From Minisyncoccia bacterium (GTDB taxonomy: Bacteria > Patescibacteriota > Minisyncoccia > Phycocordibacterales > UBA918), in assembly GCA_046598345.1 (NCBI GenBank), contig JBKJIT010000004.1, positions 201,226 to 265,225 of the forward strand: a stretch of DNA of 64,000 nt, written 5' to 3'. Below the pieces are notes generated by a model. It had not been told where the DNA came from. It saw only the letters and a program-made list of their open reading frames with translations, and did no database searches. This document shows positions 1-10,322 of this stretch, in pieces; positions within the stretch are counted from its first letter, which is position 1; each line of letters begins with the position of its first letter. The position numbers and the translations under genes are program-made.

Positions 1-559
1 TCTCAATAACATCCCCTGATCGTTCACAGGTGTTGTTACTTAATACCTGCTCGTTTGCTATGACTGTGTTGCATCCCGGACACCAGTTCACAGTTCCTTT
101 ACCACGGAAAGCAATTCCTTTTTCAAAAAATTGTGTGAACATCCACTGTGTCCAAGCGTAGTACTCCGGGTCAGTTGAGCTTGCTGTCTTGTCCCATGAG
201 TAGGAAGCTCCCATGCTATCAAACTGTGTGAGCATATATTTCACGTTGGCATCAGTCCAATCTTCTGGATCAAGATTACGCTTGATCGCTGCATTTTCTG
301 CAGGAAGACCAAAAGCATCAAACCCCATGGGAAACAATATCTGTATACCCTGCATTCGTCTCATGCGAACATAAATATCTGGAACTGCAAAGGTGTACCA
401 GTGGCCAATGTGAAGATTGCCTGATGGGTACGGCCACTCAATAAGCACATATTCCTTTTCTTTGTTTAGATCACGCGGACCAACATCATAGATGCCAGAT
501 TCCTTCCAGTTTTTCTGCCATTTTTTTTCTATTTCCGTGTGATCGAATTTTTTATGCAT
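1..559 (-). CDS. leuS: Leucine--tRNA ligase, 5' part (runs off the window)
   Basis: Manual translation MHKKFDHTEIEKKWQ...EWPYPSGNLHIGH...PMGFDAFGLPAENAAIK carries the class I HIGH motif and LeuRS signatures. Confidence 0.95.
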   Translation of the reverse strand, partial: MHKKFDHTEIEKKWQKNWKESGIYDVGPRDLNKEKEYVLIEWPYPSGNLHIGHWYTFAVPDIYVRMRRMQGIQILFPMGFDAFGLPAENAAIKRNLDPEDWTDANVKYMLTQFDSMGASYSWDKTASSTDPEYYAWTQWMFTQFFEKGIAFRGKGTVNWCPGCNTVIANEQVLSNNTCERSGDVIE

Positions 560-609
560 GTGAAGAAGTACCGACTAAGCGTATGTGTGCGCTCTGGGAA
601 TGTTTCAGT

Positions 610-1512
610 TTAGCGCGTAGGTAGTAGGGTAATAACCCGTGTAAAGCACCAATTTCCGCTCGTATGTTCCCAATCGTATGGATTCTTGACCATACCTACA
701 TCCATCATTGGTGTGTTAGCGTATTGTGCTTGAATCGATGGTGCTGCAAACACAGCACAAAGCTCAAAGGTATCTACATCACTCACTTTGTATGAGTATG
801 CTTCTCGTCCCTCTGGTGCAGCGGGTATAGGAAGTTCACCGTAGGCTTCTTCAAGTGTCGTTGGCAAGTTTTCATTGATTCGGTAGTAATTTTCTACTGT
901 GTACTGAATCATCATGAGATCATTAATTTGAGTTTGATCGATTCGCGTCTCGCGTACCTCACTCGGTGTTTCGGTATTCATGAATCCAACGACGAGCGAA
1001 GCAAGAACTAATACCAGAACGATGCCTCCATACTGAATAGATTCACGTTCGTGTGATTGCCAAAAGTTACGCGCATCGAGTAGATAGTATACGAAACCGG
1101 CGCCAACTACGATAAGAACGACGAGTGCTTTTAATATAAATCGAATACCCAGTTCACCACTTAGGAATTCATTGATGACAGCGACCAGGTCACCTAGAAT
1201 CACCGCTCCCCCGATGAGGAGTGATAAATAAATGAGCCACTTAGTGAGTGAAAGGTATGTGCCTTGTTCTTTCCGGCGGATTTGGTTCACCAATCTCGTG
1301 AGGAGAAGATATGTTGGGAAAAATACAATTAGCATTGCCCCGAAGAACCGAATTGAGCGCGCAGCGCTTTCATATTCGTAATATCCATTTATAACATCAG
1401 GAAATCGTACGGTAATGACACCGAATAAGAATGCTATCAGAGCTGTTAATGAGATATAGAGCGAAATGAGTGACCCGAGCTGCAGAGCGAAGTTTTTTGC
1501 TGTATTTTCCAT
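610..1512 (-). CDS. Multi-pass membrane protein (DUF5671-like) with C-terminal extracellular Cys-pair domain
   Basis: Five hydrophobic helices followed by RIDxxxINDL...FELCAVF...WCF. Confidence 0.6.
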   Translation of the reverse strand: MENTAKNFALQLGSLISLYISLTALIAFLFGVITVRFPDVINGYYEYESAARSIRFFGAMLIVFFPTYLLLTRLVNQIRRKEQGTYLSLTKWLIYLSLLIGGAVILGDLVAVINEFLSGELGIRFILKALVVLIVVGAGFVYYLLDARNFWQSHERESIQYGGIVLVLVLASLVVGFMNTETPSEVRETRIDQTQINDLMMIQYTVENYYRINENLPTTLEEAYGELPIPAAPEGREAYSYKVSDVDTFELCAVFAAPSIQAQYANTPMMDVGMVKNPYDWEHTSGNWCFTRVITLLPTR

Positions 1513-1629
1513 ATGAAGAAATTGTGCGCTTTAATTGTCTTTTTGTAAAGAACGTCCAGTAGTCCCAAGATTCTTTAGAAATCTAAAAAGCTGTATTTAA
1601 TTTTTTGCCTGTATTATACTTAAGGCCTT

Positions 1630-1899
1630 ATGAAAGCTGATGATCTTCAAACCGCACCTAAACTATTTTGTGAAAATATAAAACTCGCCTTCACACCTGA
1701 GTATTTCGCTATGGGCTTGAGTTCAGGAAGTCAGGCAACGATTTATTCACTTACGCCAGGGCATGCGAAGCGACTTATGCAGTATCTTTCCCACGAAATC
1801 GCCCAATATGAAAAAACACATGGCAAGATTGTTGCAGAATGGAGTCCACATATTGTGAGTCCGGTACAGAAGGCCAATAAACCCAACCCTAAGAGCTAG
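1630..1899 (+). CDS. Small conserved hypothetical protein (DUF3467-like)
   Basis: 89-aa ORF with TPGHAKRL...YEKTHGKI motif; TATACT -10 box upstream. Confidence 0.55.
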   Translation: MKADDLQTAPKLFCENIKLAFTPEYFAMGLSSGSQATIYSLTPGHAKRLMQYLSHEIAQYEKTHGKIVAEWSPHIVSPVQKANKPNPKS

Positions 1900-1940
1900 T
1901 GGTGCAAATACCTCATCTTTTGTGTTTACTGCAACATTCA

Positions 1941-2034
1941 AACGCTTACCGTATAGAGATACGGCTCACGTTCTCATACCGGTGAAATATGCTCCCAATA
2001 TATTTCACCCTTGAATCTGCGGCGACCTAAGCCC
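1941..2034. repeat. Intergenic hairpin cluster containing TTCTCA
   Basis: CCGTAT-AGAG-ATACGG and GTGAAATAT-N-ATATTTCAC stems; TTCTCA at 1971-1976. Confidence 0.45.
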
Positions 2035-2580
2035 CTAGCTGACTGAAGTACGTGTTTTAAGAATGTACATATACAGAATAATTAGAAAGACAAATACGAA
2101 CGCAGACATTAACGGAAACGTTAGGAAATCAAATTCGTAGAAATAGCGTTTTGCGCAGTCTCCTCCAGACGCTGGACATGGAAGGAATGAACTACCGCCC
2201 ACTTGAAGATAGTGTTGGTAGAGTGCAATTATGGTACCCAGTGATGAGAGTACAATTCCATAACGCGCAACTGCCTTGTCTTTGTAATAGATTGCCATTC
2301 CAAGAAGAATGACCTGCGGAAAAAGGAATACCCGTTGCAACCAGCAGAGGCCGCAGGGCACAAACCCAAACACATCAGAATACACAAACCCCATTACTGT
2401 TGAGCCAGTTGTGAGTATGAATGCTGAGAGTAGCCCATAGGTCCGAACAAGGCCTGCGAGCACTTGTTTTCCTTTAAAATCAATAAGGAGCAGAGCAGCT
2501 CCAATACCTACACCAATGCCGAGAATGGCGAGGATAAGGTCTGTTGTCGCAATAATTTCAGCCATACATAGCTTATGCAC
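2035..2580 (-). CDS. dsbB: Disulfide bond formation protein B (DsbB/BdbC)
   Basis: PCGLCWLQR motif, second Cys pair (PCPASGGDC), TM helices. Confidence 0.9.
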   Translation of the reverse strand: MHKLCMAEIIATTDLILAILGIGVGIGAALLLIDFKGKQVLAGLVRTYGLLSAFILTTGSTVMGFVYSDVFGFVPCGLCWLQRVFLFPQVILLGMAIYYKDKAVARYGIVLSSLGTIIALYQHYLQVGGSSFLPCPASGGDCAKRYFYEFDFLTFPLMSAFVFVFLIILYMYILKTRTSVS

Positions 2581-2974
2581 CGGTCGTTGGTTCAGTCGGA
2601 ACTACACAGTTTGTCTTTTCTGCGAGCGCATCAAACTGCTGTACACCATCAAGCTTGCTACCATCGGCGAAAATCCAGGTAGGATAGCTCTCTACACCGG
2701 CATCAGTACAGACTTGGTTCCTCCCCTGTCCGTTTGGTGTAGAACATTCAACGTATGGCAATTTCGTAGATTTCTTGAAGAGTTCCTTCTGATCTGCACA
2801 GTGCGGGCACCAGAATGCTCCATAGAACTTTGCGCCGGCATCGGCTAGACACTGTGCAAACCCGTCATACACACTCGCAGCTGCGATATTCTCGCGACTG
2901 GCCGTATTACGTACAAAAATAAGTCCTGCAACGAGTACTACTACCAAAATCACATATATATAGGTCATTTTCAT
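2573..2974 (-). CDS. Membrane-anchored thioredoxin-like oxidoreductase (VKOR-partner type)
   Basis: FYGAFWCPHC, YVEC and YPTW motifs; start moved to MKMTY because the longer ORF crosses a terminator. Confidence 0.85.
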   Translation of the reverse strand: MKMTYIYVILVVVLVAGLIFVRNTASRENIAAASVYDGFAQCLADAGAKFYGAFWCPHCADQKELFKKSTKLPYVECSTPNGQGRNQVCTDAGVESYPTWIFADGSKLDGVQQFDALAEKTNCVVPTEPTTGA

Positions 2975-3011
2975 AAAAAACAGCATATCATTTTTTTTCA
3001 AGTAGATAAAG

Positions 3012-3162
3012 AAAAAACCCCATGTTGCCATGGGGCCGCTCTGGTTCGTTCGCACATCCGAGCGCAATGTACAAACTTCTGGAAGTCTGGACCGGAACAA
3101 ATTCCGAGATCTAGCTTTTATCACACCGGCCACTCCCGCTTTTGCCTGGCGAGAGGCTACGC
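3012..3162 (-). ncRNA. Putative structured RNA or leader of unknown family
   Basis: TTGACA-N16-CATAAT promoter upstream, several stems, ends in CCCCAUG-GCAA-CAUGGGG-U6 terminator. Confidence 0.55.
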
Positions 3163-3166
3163 AAGG

Positions 3167-3194
3167 ATTATGCAAGAAAGTTTTAATATGTCAA
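3167..3194 (-). promoter_or_regulatory. Sigma70-type promoter
   Basis: TTGACA (3194-3189), 16 nt, CATAAT. Confidence 0.6.
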
Positions 3195-3196
3195 CC

Positions 3197-3227
3197 AAAA
3201 AAGCACCTGCTTTCACAGGTGCTTTTT
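3197..3227 (-). terminator. Intrinsic terminator of typA
   Basis: AAAAAAGCACCTG-ctttca-CAGGTGCTTTTT inverted repeat. Confidence 0.85.
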
Positions 3228-3228
3228 C

Positions 3229-5025
3229 CTAGTTTTTGCGTGTTTTAGATCGTTCCCCTTCTTTCAGTACCTGTTTTCGAAGACGTGTAGATTGTGGTGT
3301 GACTTCAAGATACTCATCGTTAGACATGATTTCAAGTCCAATTTCAATAGAAAGTGGTCGGTGTGGAGTGAGTGTAAGCGCCTCGTCAGTTCCAGACGAG
3401 CGAACGTTTGAAAGCTGCTTTCCTTTTGTCGGATTTACCATCATTTCCTCACCTTTTGATGTATTTCCAATAACCATGCCTTCGTATACTTCAGCGCTCG
3501 GGCCGATGTAGAGCTGTCCACGATCCTGCAAATTCCAAAGAGAAAATCCAAGTGCTTTTCCTGCGGCCATTGAAACCATTGATCCAGCTTGGCGCTTCTT
3601 AATTTCACCTGCGTACGGCTTAAATCCAAGAACTCGAGAGCACAGAATTCCTTCACCTTTTGTATCAATAATGAACTGTCCTTTGTAACCCAGTAGTCCA
3701 CGAGTTGGACCTTCAAGAAGAAGGCGAACTTGATTTCCGTGCATGATCATGTCCGTCATAATAAATGCGCGCTTTCCAAGTCGTTCGATCACCGCACCTT
3801 GAAATTCACTTGGAATATCAACAGTCACTTCTTCGTACGGTTCGTATTTGCCATCTGCTCGTTCTTCGATGATTGCCTGTGGCTGAGAAACTTGCAGTTC
3901 ATACCCTTCACGTCTCATATTCTCGAGTAAAATTGAGATGTGCATTTCTCCTCGCCCGTACACCTTACATGAATCACCACTGTCAAAATCAACTTTGAGT
4001 CCAACGTTAATTTCAAGTTCACGCTCGAGTCGCTCCCGAATTTGACGTGTGGTTACATATTTACCTTCACGTCCCGCAAATGGGGAGTTGTTAACAACGA
4101 AATCAAGGGCAATGGTAGGTTGGTCAACAGCAATTGCAGCGAGCGGCACCGCAGACTCCGAGTCAGCAATCGTTTCCCCAATGTAAATATCATTAAATCC
4201 AGCGACAATGATAATGTCACCTGCATACGCAGTGTCAGACTCCACACGCTCAATGCCCTTAAAGGTGAAGAGCTTAGTAACCCTTCCTTTACGGACTGGT
4301 TGTCCTTCGTGAAGAATAAAAACATTCTGGCCACTTTTAATACTTCCTTCATAAATTCTAGCAATCGCGAGACGACCGAGAAAGTTGTCATACCCGAGGT
4401 TAAACACTTGAGCCTTGAGACCTTCTCCTGGGGTAAATACACGCGCTGGGGGCACTTTTTCTAAAATAACATCGAGAAGCGGAGTAAGATCAGCAGATTC
4501 ATCAGTAAGTTTGCGCTTCGCAATTCCCTGGCGCCCGATTGCGTATACCACGGTAAAATCGGCCTGTTCGTCATTTGCACCAAGTTCAAGGAAGAGTTCG
4601 AGTACCTGCTCTTCAGTCTTGTGTGGATCAGCAGCGGGCTTGTCAATCTTATTGATGACCACAATTGGCTTAAGGCCGAGTTCGAGAGACTTCTTGAGTA
4701 CGAACCGTGTCTGAGGCATGGGGCCTTCCTGAGCGTCTACAATGAGAAGCACAGAGTCGATTGAGCGAAGTACACGCTCTACCTCAGAACCGAAGTCGGC
4801 GTGTCCAGGAGTATCTACAATATTGATTTTTGTACCTTTGTACTCAATAGAGGTGTTTTTTGCGTAAATAGTAATACCTCGCTCCTGTTCAAGAGCGTTT
4901 GAGTCCATTGTCGCAGTAGCATCAGTTACGGCACCAGTTTGTCGCATGATGGCGTCAGTAAGAGTTGTCTTTCCATGGTCAACGTGAGCGATAATCGCAA
5001 TATTTCGTGTTTCTTTTCCGTGCAT
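3229..5025 (-). CDS. typA: Translational GTPase TypA/BipA
   Basis: [34 protein letters not shown]-terminal [11 protein letters not shown]. Confidence 0.97.
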   Translation of the reverse strand: MHGKETRNIAIIAHVDHGKTTLTDAIMRQTGAVTDATATMDSNALEQERGITIYAKNTSIEYKGTKINIVDTPGHADFGSEVERVLRSIDSVLLIVDAQEGPMPQTRFVLKKSLELGLKPIVVINKIDKPAADPHKTEEQVLELFLELGANDEQADFTVVYAIGRQGIAKRKLTDESADLTPLLDVILEKVPPARVFTPGEGLKAQVFNLGYDNFLGRLAIARIYEGSIKSGQNVFILHEGQPVRKGRVTKLFTFKGIERVESDTAYAGDIIIVAGFNDIYIGETIADSESAVPLAAIAVDQPTIALDFVVNNSPFAGREGKYVTTRQIRERLERELEINVGLKVDFDSGDSCKVYGRGEMHISILLENMRREGYELQVSQPQAIIEERADGKYEPYEEVTVDIPSEFQGAVIERLGKRAFIMTDMIMHGNQVRLLLEGPTRGLLGYKGQFIIDTKGEGILCSRVLGFKPYAGEIKKRQAGSMVSMAAGKALGFSLWNLQDRGQLYIGPSAEVYEGMVIGNTSKGEEMMVNPTKGKQLSNVRSSGTDEALTLTPHRPLSIEIGLEIMSNDEYLEVTPQSTRLRKQVLKEGERSKTRKN

Positions 5026-5088
5026 AAATAAGTAAAAAAATAAAATGCGCCAGCCTGGGCGCGATGTGTGGATTAAAATAACCTTAAA

Positions 5089-5358
5089 TTAACGTTTCGT
5101 CAACTTTTTAGCTCGGATAAGGGCAATTTTCTCATTTCGCGTGAGTTTCTTAATGGCTGCTTCACGTACCTGGGCCTCGCTTCGCGAAGCCCAGGTTTCC
5201 CTAAAAACAATCTCAATCGGAAAACGACCTCGTGTATATTTAGCACCTGTCTTCCCTTCCTTGTGCTCTCTGAACCGCCGGTCTACATCAGTGGTGACAC
5301 CAGTGTAGAGAGATGCATCACTGCACTTAAGAATATATACAAACCACTTTTGCATCAT
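5089..5358 (-). CDS. GIY-YIG nuclease family protein (UPF0213)
   Basis: VYILKCSDASLYTGVTTD..RRFREH..GAKYTR. Confidence 0.9.
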   Translation of the reverse strand: MMQKWFVYILKCSDASLYTGVTTDVDRRFREHKEGKTGAKYTRGRFPIEIVFRETWASRSEAQVREAAIKKLTRNEKIALIRAKKLTKR

Positions 5359-5570
5359 TTTGTCTTCGACAACCGCTGGGACACTGCCATTGAAACTGCT
5401 GCCGTTCCTAAGAATATTGGAAGATTGTTTTTGAGGAGACTGACGTGGGTAAAGGTGAAGTTAAACAAGTCCTGCGCGATGAGGAGTGCAAGAAGCGCAA
5501 GCACGGTCGTAAGAAGCAAGTATTTAAAGCTTGAAAGAAACTTTGTAAAAAATGTGATGGTTTCGCTCAT
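5355..5570 (-). CDS. Small membrane protein
   Basis: Two hydrophobic segments; stop overlaps next start. Confidence 0.5.
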   Translation of the reverse strand: MSETITFFTKFLSSFKYLLLTTVLALLALLIAQDLFNFTFTHVSLLKNNLPIFLGTAAVSMAVSQRLSKTK

Positions 5571-5606
5571 ATGAATATTCTGAATGTACTAATCCCATTA
5601 GTATAC

Positions 5607-5642
5607 GTGATGAAGAAATGATCACCAAATTTCTTCATTTAC
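5607..5642 (-). terminator. Hairpin downstream of ychF
   Basis: ATGAAGAAAT-N9-ATTTCTTCAT inverted repeat. Confidence 0.5.
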
Positions 5643-5647
5643 ATATT

Positions 5648-6745
5648 TTAAATCAAAAACTCAATCACATCACCCTCCTTCACAATGTATTCCTTCCCTT
5701 CCGTACGGAGTTTTCCTGTAGAGCGTGCGACTGCGATTGAGCCAGCGTTTACAAGGTCGTCGAATGCCACGACCTGCGCGCGGATATACTTTTCCTTAAA
5801 GTCAGTGTGAATAGCAGCACCTGCCTCAGGTCCCGTTGCACCTTGCTTTACTGTCCATGCACGGGTCTCCTTCTCACCAGTTGTAAAATAAGACATGAGC
5901 CCCAGGCGATGGTAGCAGGCCTTAATAAGCGAATCAATTCCAGAGTCCAGGGTTGCATACTCACGACGGAACTCCGTTTTTTCTTCTTCTTCTAAATCTT
6001 TAAGTTCATTTTCAATACCTGCATCAATGAGTACGTACTCAGAGTGAGTTGATTCCATAAAATCCATGAGCTCAGTCCACCGGTCATCATTTGTCTCATC
6101 AAAATTGTATCCACTATTCTTCTTGTTGAGGACATAGAGAAACTGCTTCATCGTAAGCAGATGAAGATGCTTTATAAGCATGAGTTCTTCCTCATCCATT
6201 GGAAGTGTGTTTGCAAGTTTGCCACCTTCGAGGTGAGGGAGAAGTCGTTCAAGAAGCGCTTTTTCCTTTACTGCTGACTTGTCGCCCCTTCGTGCATCTT
6301 TTTCGACATTCTGGTGTCGCTTCGCAACGGTTTCACCATCGGCAAGAATTAGTTCAAGATTGATGACTTCAATATCGGAAAGAGGATCTACTGCACCACC
6401 TACGTGAATGACATCGGGATCATCAAAAATACGCACTACTTCTGCAATCATATCGACTTCTCGAATATTTGAGAGAAATTTGTTTCCAAGCCCCTCACCT
6501 TCAGATGCTCCCTTTACAATTCCGGCAATATCAACGAATTCAACGACTGCATGAATGACTTTTTCAGAACTTGAGATCGCTGCGAGTGTTTGAAGTCGCG
6601 GGTCGGGAACAGCAACAACCCCCACTGAAGGATCAATGGTACAGAAAGGGTAGTTTTCAGCGGGGACAGAATTCTTCGTGAGTGCATTAAAAAGCGTAGA
6701 TTTTCCTACGTTTGGCAGCCCTACAATTCCAACGGATAGTGACAT
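5648..6745 (-). CDS. ychF: Redox-regulated ATPase YchF
   Basis: [36 protein letters not shown]-terminal TGS domain. Confidence 0.97.
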   Translation of the reverse strand: MSLSVGIVGLPNVGKSTLFNALTKNSVPAENYPFCTIDPSVGVVAVPDPRLQTLAAISSSEKVIHAVVEFVDIAGIVKGASEGEGLGNKFLSNIREVDMIAEVVRIFDDPDVIHVGGAVDPLSDIEVINLELILADGETVAKRHQNVEKDARRGDKSAVKEKALLERLLPHLEGGKLANTLPMDEEELMLIKHLHLLTMKQFLYVLNKKNSGYNFDETNDDRWTELMDFMESTHSEYVLIDAGIENELKDLEEEEKTEFRREYATLDSGIDSLIKACYHRLGLMSYFTTGEKETRAWTVKQGATGPEAGAAIHTDFKEKYIRAQVVAFDDLVNAGSIAVARSTGKLRTEGKEYIVKEGDVIEFLI

Positions 6746-6854
6746 ACGCTGTTAGCCTATCAGATTCTTACCGTATTTCAAAAAGATGAAGGCATTCACA
6801 TCTTTTGAAAGTGGTCTTCGAGTACAAACTGCGGAATAATAGCACTCACTAATC

Positions 6855-7076
6855 TCACTTGAGATATGATGCGAGAGCTTCTTCAGCCTCACGAACCAGC
6901 GCCTCGTCGTCAGCATTAATAAGACCATTTGCAAGTGTCTTGAGTACGCCATGAATTTCTTTTGCAGGATAGCCACGCTCTAATAGCTTCTCTGCTTCAA
7001 TAAGCACTTCATTTTCCTCAGTCATAAGACTTTTCTTTAATGCTCGCTCAAAAAAAGTGGTAAAGGGATGTGACAT
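6855..7076 (-). CDS. Hypothetical protein
   Basis: 73-aa helical ORF, protein-like composition. Confidence 0.55.
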   Translation of the reverse strand: MSHPFTTFFERALKKSLMTEENEVLIEAEKLLERGYPAKEIHGVLKTLANGLINADDEALVREAEEALASYLK

Positions 7077-7138
7077 ATGAACTAGTATACGATACGAATA
7101 CCTGTCGTATACGTGGTTTTTGTGGTATTACATCAAGT

Positions 7139-8149
7139 ATGGATACACTCCTTGTAGAAAAGGCAACTCAAAATGTGCGTGATATTCTTAGTGAGGCGAT
7201 TCTCTATACATCAGCAGAAAGGGCGCTCGTTGTATATGACACGGATTCGGAACTTGCACAGATTTTAGTTCAAGCATATAAAAACGCGCTTCCAGATGCG
7301 CGGTTTGTTGATTTCGGACAGTCACACAAAGATGAGATCATTGGACTTTTCAATTCACTTAGCCCTAAAGATCTTGTTGTGCTCATCCAAACATCAGATT
7401 TCAGGCTGAATGAGTTTCGAATACGGATTTATTTGTTTGAAAAAGGTCTTAAGGTCGTTGATCACCTCCACCTCTACCGCAATACTCCCGACTCTTACGA
7501 GACGTACATTGATGCGCTTGCGTACGATAGCGCATGGTATCGCGGTGTAGGTCGAAGGCTCAAAGGTATACTAGAAAAAACAGAAGAGCTCCGTATCATT
7601 GGCCGCGACACCACGCTCACTATTACAAAAGGACTTGAGGAGCCAAAACTGAACGTCGGAGACTACACTGGTATGAAAAATATTGGAGGAACGTTTCCTA
7701 TAGGGGAAGTATTTACTGAAGCCAAGGATTTTGGTGGAATGAATGGCTCGCTTCGCATTCACGCTTTTGCAAATATAGATTTCAACATTACTTTTTTCGA
7801 ACCTTTTACTATTCATATCACTGAAGGGATTCTTACAGGCTGGAGCGAGGACACCCCTCAGTCATTTATTGATGTAGTAGAACAGGTTCGAAGTCACGAG
7901 CGGGCACTCATCCGTGAAATTGGATTTGGAATGAATCGCGCAATTAGTCGTGAACGTCCACTTAAAGACATTACTGCGTTTGAACGTAATTTAGGACTCC
8001 ATGTCTCGCTAGGAGAAAAGCACAGTGTGTTTAAAAAACCTGGAATTAGTGCTGACAAAACTCGTTTTCACGTTGACCTCTTCCCTGCTGTTGATACCGT
8101 TTTTGCAGACGAGGAAATTATCTTTGAGAATGGTACGTACACCGTCTAA
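7139..8149 (+). CDS. Aminopeptidase-like protein (M29/thermophilic metalloprotease-like)
   Basis: GTFPIGEVFTE, REIGFGMN, ER..G.HVSLGE, HVD motifs; start placed at MDTLL. Confidence 0.65.
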   Translation: MDTLLVEKATQNVRDILSEAILYTSAERALVVYDTDSELAQILVQAYKNALPDARFVDFGQSHKDEIIGLFNSLSPKDLVVLIQTSDFRLNEFRIRIYLFEKGLKVVDHLHLYRNTPDSYETYIDALAYDSAWYRGVGRRLKGILEKTEELRIIGRDTTLTITKGLEEPKLNVGDYTGMKNIGGTFPIGEVFTEAKDFGGMNGSLRIHAFANIDFNITFFEPFTIHITEGILTGWSEDTPQSFIDVVEQVRSHERALIREIGFGMNRAISRERPLKDITAFERNLGLHVSLGEKHSVFKKPGISADKTRFHVDLFPAVDTVFADEEIIFENGTYTV

Positions 8150-8658
8150 GCTCCCTCTGCATTAGATTTTTTTGCGTACTTTGCATAAAAGTACCAAACG
8201 TAGGCAACTAAAAGGAACGCGAGGTTCGGAAAAAAGATCATAGGATTTCCCCAGCCTACGCCATCAACTTTAAAATCCGAAAGCGGCCAGAGGAACGGCG
8301 TCGGGAAGAATGCATAACTGTGGGTGAAAATATCGAGAAGTATATGGAGTCCCCATCCTCCCATTTCCCATATCGGTCGACCGATGAAATACCATACGAG
8401 CATGAAGGCAATGGTAAAGGTGATGAAGCTGTGCGAAATATCGTAGAGGCGATATACGTAGTCAGGGATTGTGAGTGTAAGCGTCGAGGGTGCGAAATGA
8501 AAAAATGCATAGCCCTGACGAATAACACGTTCTATAAAGAATATGCCAAACGAAAATAGATCTGGAGCTATTCCAAACGCAAATGCGAGCCAGAAACTCT
8601 TCTTCGAAGTGCGTCCCAACGCTACACTACTCCATAAACCGTGCGAAATAATATCCAT
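8146..8658 (-). CDS. Membrane metal-dependent hydrolase (YdjM-like)
   Basis: MDIISH, PD, SHSF and HILLDIFTH motifs. Confidence 0.75.
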   Translation of the reverse strand: MDIISHGLWSSVALGRTSKKSFWLAFAFGIAPDLFSFGIFFIERVIRQGYAFFHFAPSTLTLTIPDYVYRLYDISHSFITFTIAFMLVWYFIGRPIWEMGGWGLHILLDIFTHSYAFFPTPFLWPLSDFKVDGVGWGNPMIFFPNLAFLLVAYVWYFYAKYAKKSNAEGA

Positions 8659-8738
8659 AAGTATGCTTCATGCCGAGTAATGTCCACCGTTCATAACGGT
8701 TTTATCATTGTGACACATGTAAGTTGATCAAAACAAGA

Positions 8739-8778
8739 TGTATGGACAACTTGACAAATATGTTGTATTGTATGGACA
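8739..8778 (+). promoter_or_regulatory. Promoter/operator region of the RND operon
   Basis: TGTATGGACA direct repeat (8739, 8769) flanking TTGACA. Confidence 0.45.
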
Positions 8779-8803
8779 TTAGTACTATTTATTTTCGCTG
8801 GGT

Positions 8804-10321
8804 ATGTTAAACCGTCTGTATGGCTGGTATGGGAAGCGTGTTGTCCGAGGAGCACTCATCGTGCTTGTTTTACTTATTGGCGCAGGGATTTTTCTGAGTT
8901 CAAAGGATGGCGCTACTGAAGAAGTCGCAATTGAAACAAAGCTTCCTGTGGTAACCGTGAAAAGCGTTAAGGACTTTGGAAGCGAAAGCAATTTTACGGT
9001 TGTAGGAACAGTCCGAGCAGTATCTGAAGCATCACTTCAGGCAGAAGCGAGTGGCCGAATTACTGCGGTAAACGTGAAGCTTGGTGATCGCATACAAGCT
9101 GGACGCGTCCTTGCTTCAATTGAAAATTCACGTGAACAGGCAGCACTCCTCCAAGCGCAGGGTGCGTATGAATCAGCACAGGCATCTTCCCTTCAAAGTG
9201 GCTCCCGCCTTGAGGAAGCTAAGGTCGCAGTTCGAAATGCCTCAAGAGATGCATTCAGTACTTCTGAGAACGTCGTACGCAACCTCCTCGATGAGTTTTT
9301 CTCCAACCCGACCGGGGGTGGAATCGTAGGTTTTCGCCTTTCTGGTACTGGTAACGCTTATGCATATATCTCTGAGCGGCAAGCAGTCGAACCACTCCTT
9401 ACAAAATGGAAGTCAAACATTGATGCAGATTTTGCTGGAATGACTGAAGCTGCAATCTTGATTGAAGCCGAGACTACGATAAAAAGCGTGAGTGATTTTA
9501 CTGCTTCTATAGCAGCTATTATTTCTGACGAAGACGAGGCAGAAAGTTTCTTATCTACAACCCGTGAAAGCTATAAAACGCGTCTTGCAGCAGCTAGAGC
9601 TTCACTCGATGGTACGCTCTCGTCTATTTCAGGTGCCAGACTTGGGTATGACCAAGCAGTACTTGCAAGTGCAAAAGATAAATCAACTCCCACTCAGACA
9701 GATGCAATGATTAAGAGTGCTCTCGGAGTACTTCGGAGTGCTCAGGCAAATCTTGAAAAAACGTATATTCGAACGTCGATTAGCGGTAGTGTAAATGCGC
9801 TGTACGTAACTCTGGGTGAGTACATTTCACAGGGGCAGCCAGCTGCAATTGTTGCTAATAACGGTGCACTTGAAATAACAACAGCGCTTGGTGAACAGGA
9901 TTTAGATCTTATTGAAGTTGGAAGCCCAGTTCTCATCAATGATACTGTCACTGGTTCAGTTACACGGATTGCACCAGCAATTGATCCACTTACGGGAAAG
10001 AGTGAGGTTAAGATCAGTGTTGATGACGCAACTGATTTAAAAAATGGTAGCACAGTTTCTTTGGCATTTGTTCGTGCTTCAAATAGAGAGACCGAAAACA
10101 CCACAGTCATTCTTCCACTTAAAGCACTCAAGATGCTCGCGTCAGGGCCGGTTGTCTTTAGCGTAAATTCTGAGAATACGCTCGTGTCGCACCCTGTAAC
10201 ACTAGGTACGATTATAGGTGACGCAGTTGTTGTCTCTGATGGAATTACGAATGAGTCAGTGATTATCACCGATGCGCGAGGCCTCTCTGAGGGTGACGCA
10301 GTCACACTTACGCAACAGTAA
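8804..10321 (+). CDS. RND efflux periplasmic adaptor (membrane fusion protein)
   Basis: N-terminal TM, split lipoyl motifs (SGRITAVNVKLGD; SGSVNALYV..GE), long helical hairpin. Confidence 0.9.
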   Translation: MLNRLYGWYGKRVVRGALIVLVLLIGAGIFLSSKDGATEEVAIETKLPVVTVKSVKDFGSESNFTVVGTVRAVSEASLQAEASGRITAVNVKLGDRIQAGRVLASIENSREQAALLQAQGAYESAQASSLQSGSRLEEAKVAVRNASRDAFSTSENVVRNLLDEFFSNPTGGGIVGFRLSGTGNAYAYISERQAVEPLLTKWKSNIDADFAGMTEAAILIEAETTIKSVSDFTASIAAIISDEDEAESFLSTTRESYKTRLAAARASLDGTLSSISGARLGYDQAVLASAKDKSTPTQTDAMIKSALGVLRSAQANLEKTYIRTSISGSVNALYVTLGEYISQGQPAAIVANNGALEITTALGEQDLDLIEVGSPVLINDTVTGSVTRIAPAIDPLTGKSEVKISVDDATDLKNGSTVSLAFVRASNRETENTTVILPLKALKMLASGPVVFSVNSENTLVSHPVTLGTIIGDAVVVSDGITNESVIITDARGLSEGDAVTLTQQ

Positions 10322-10322
10322 T

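Noticed and set aside
3012-3162. tmRNA, SRP RNA or RNase P RNA
   Set aside because: No tRNA-like ends or tag ORF with stop, no SRP GGAA domain IV, no GAGGAAAGUCC
2975-3248. Extended N-terminus of the 200-aa ORF and the opposite-strand 72-aa ORF
   Set aside because: They run through a promoter, structured RNA and terminators; the real protein starts at the TM segment
5089-5358. GIY-YIG protein as a homing endonuclease or mobiliser of the hairpin elements
   Set aside because: Short UPF0213-type housekeeping form with no intron or element context
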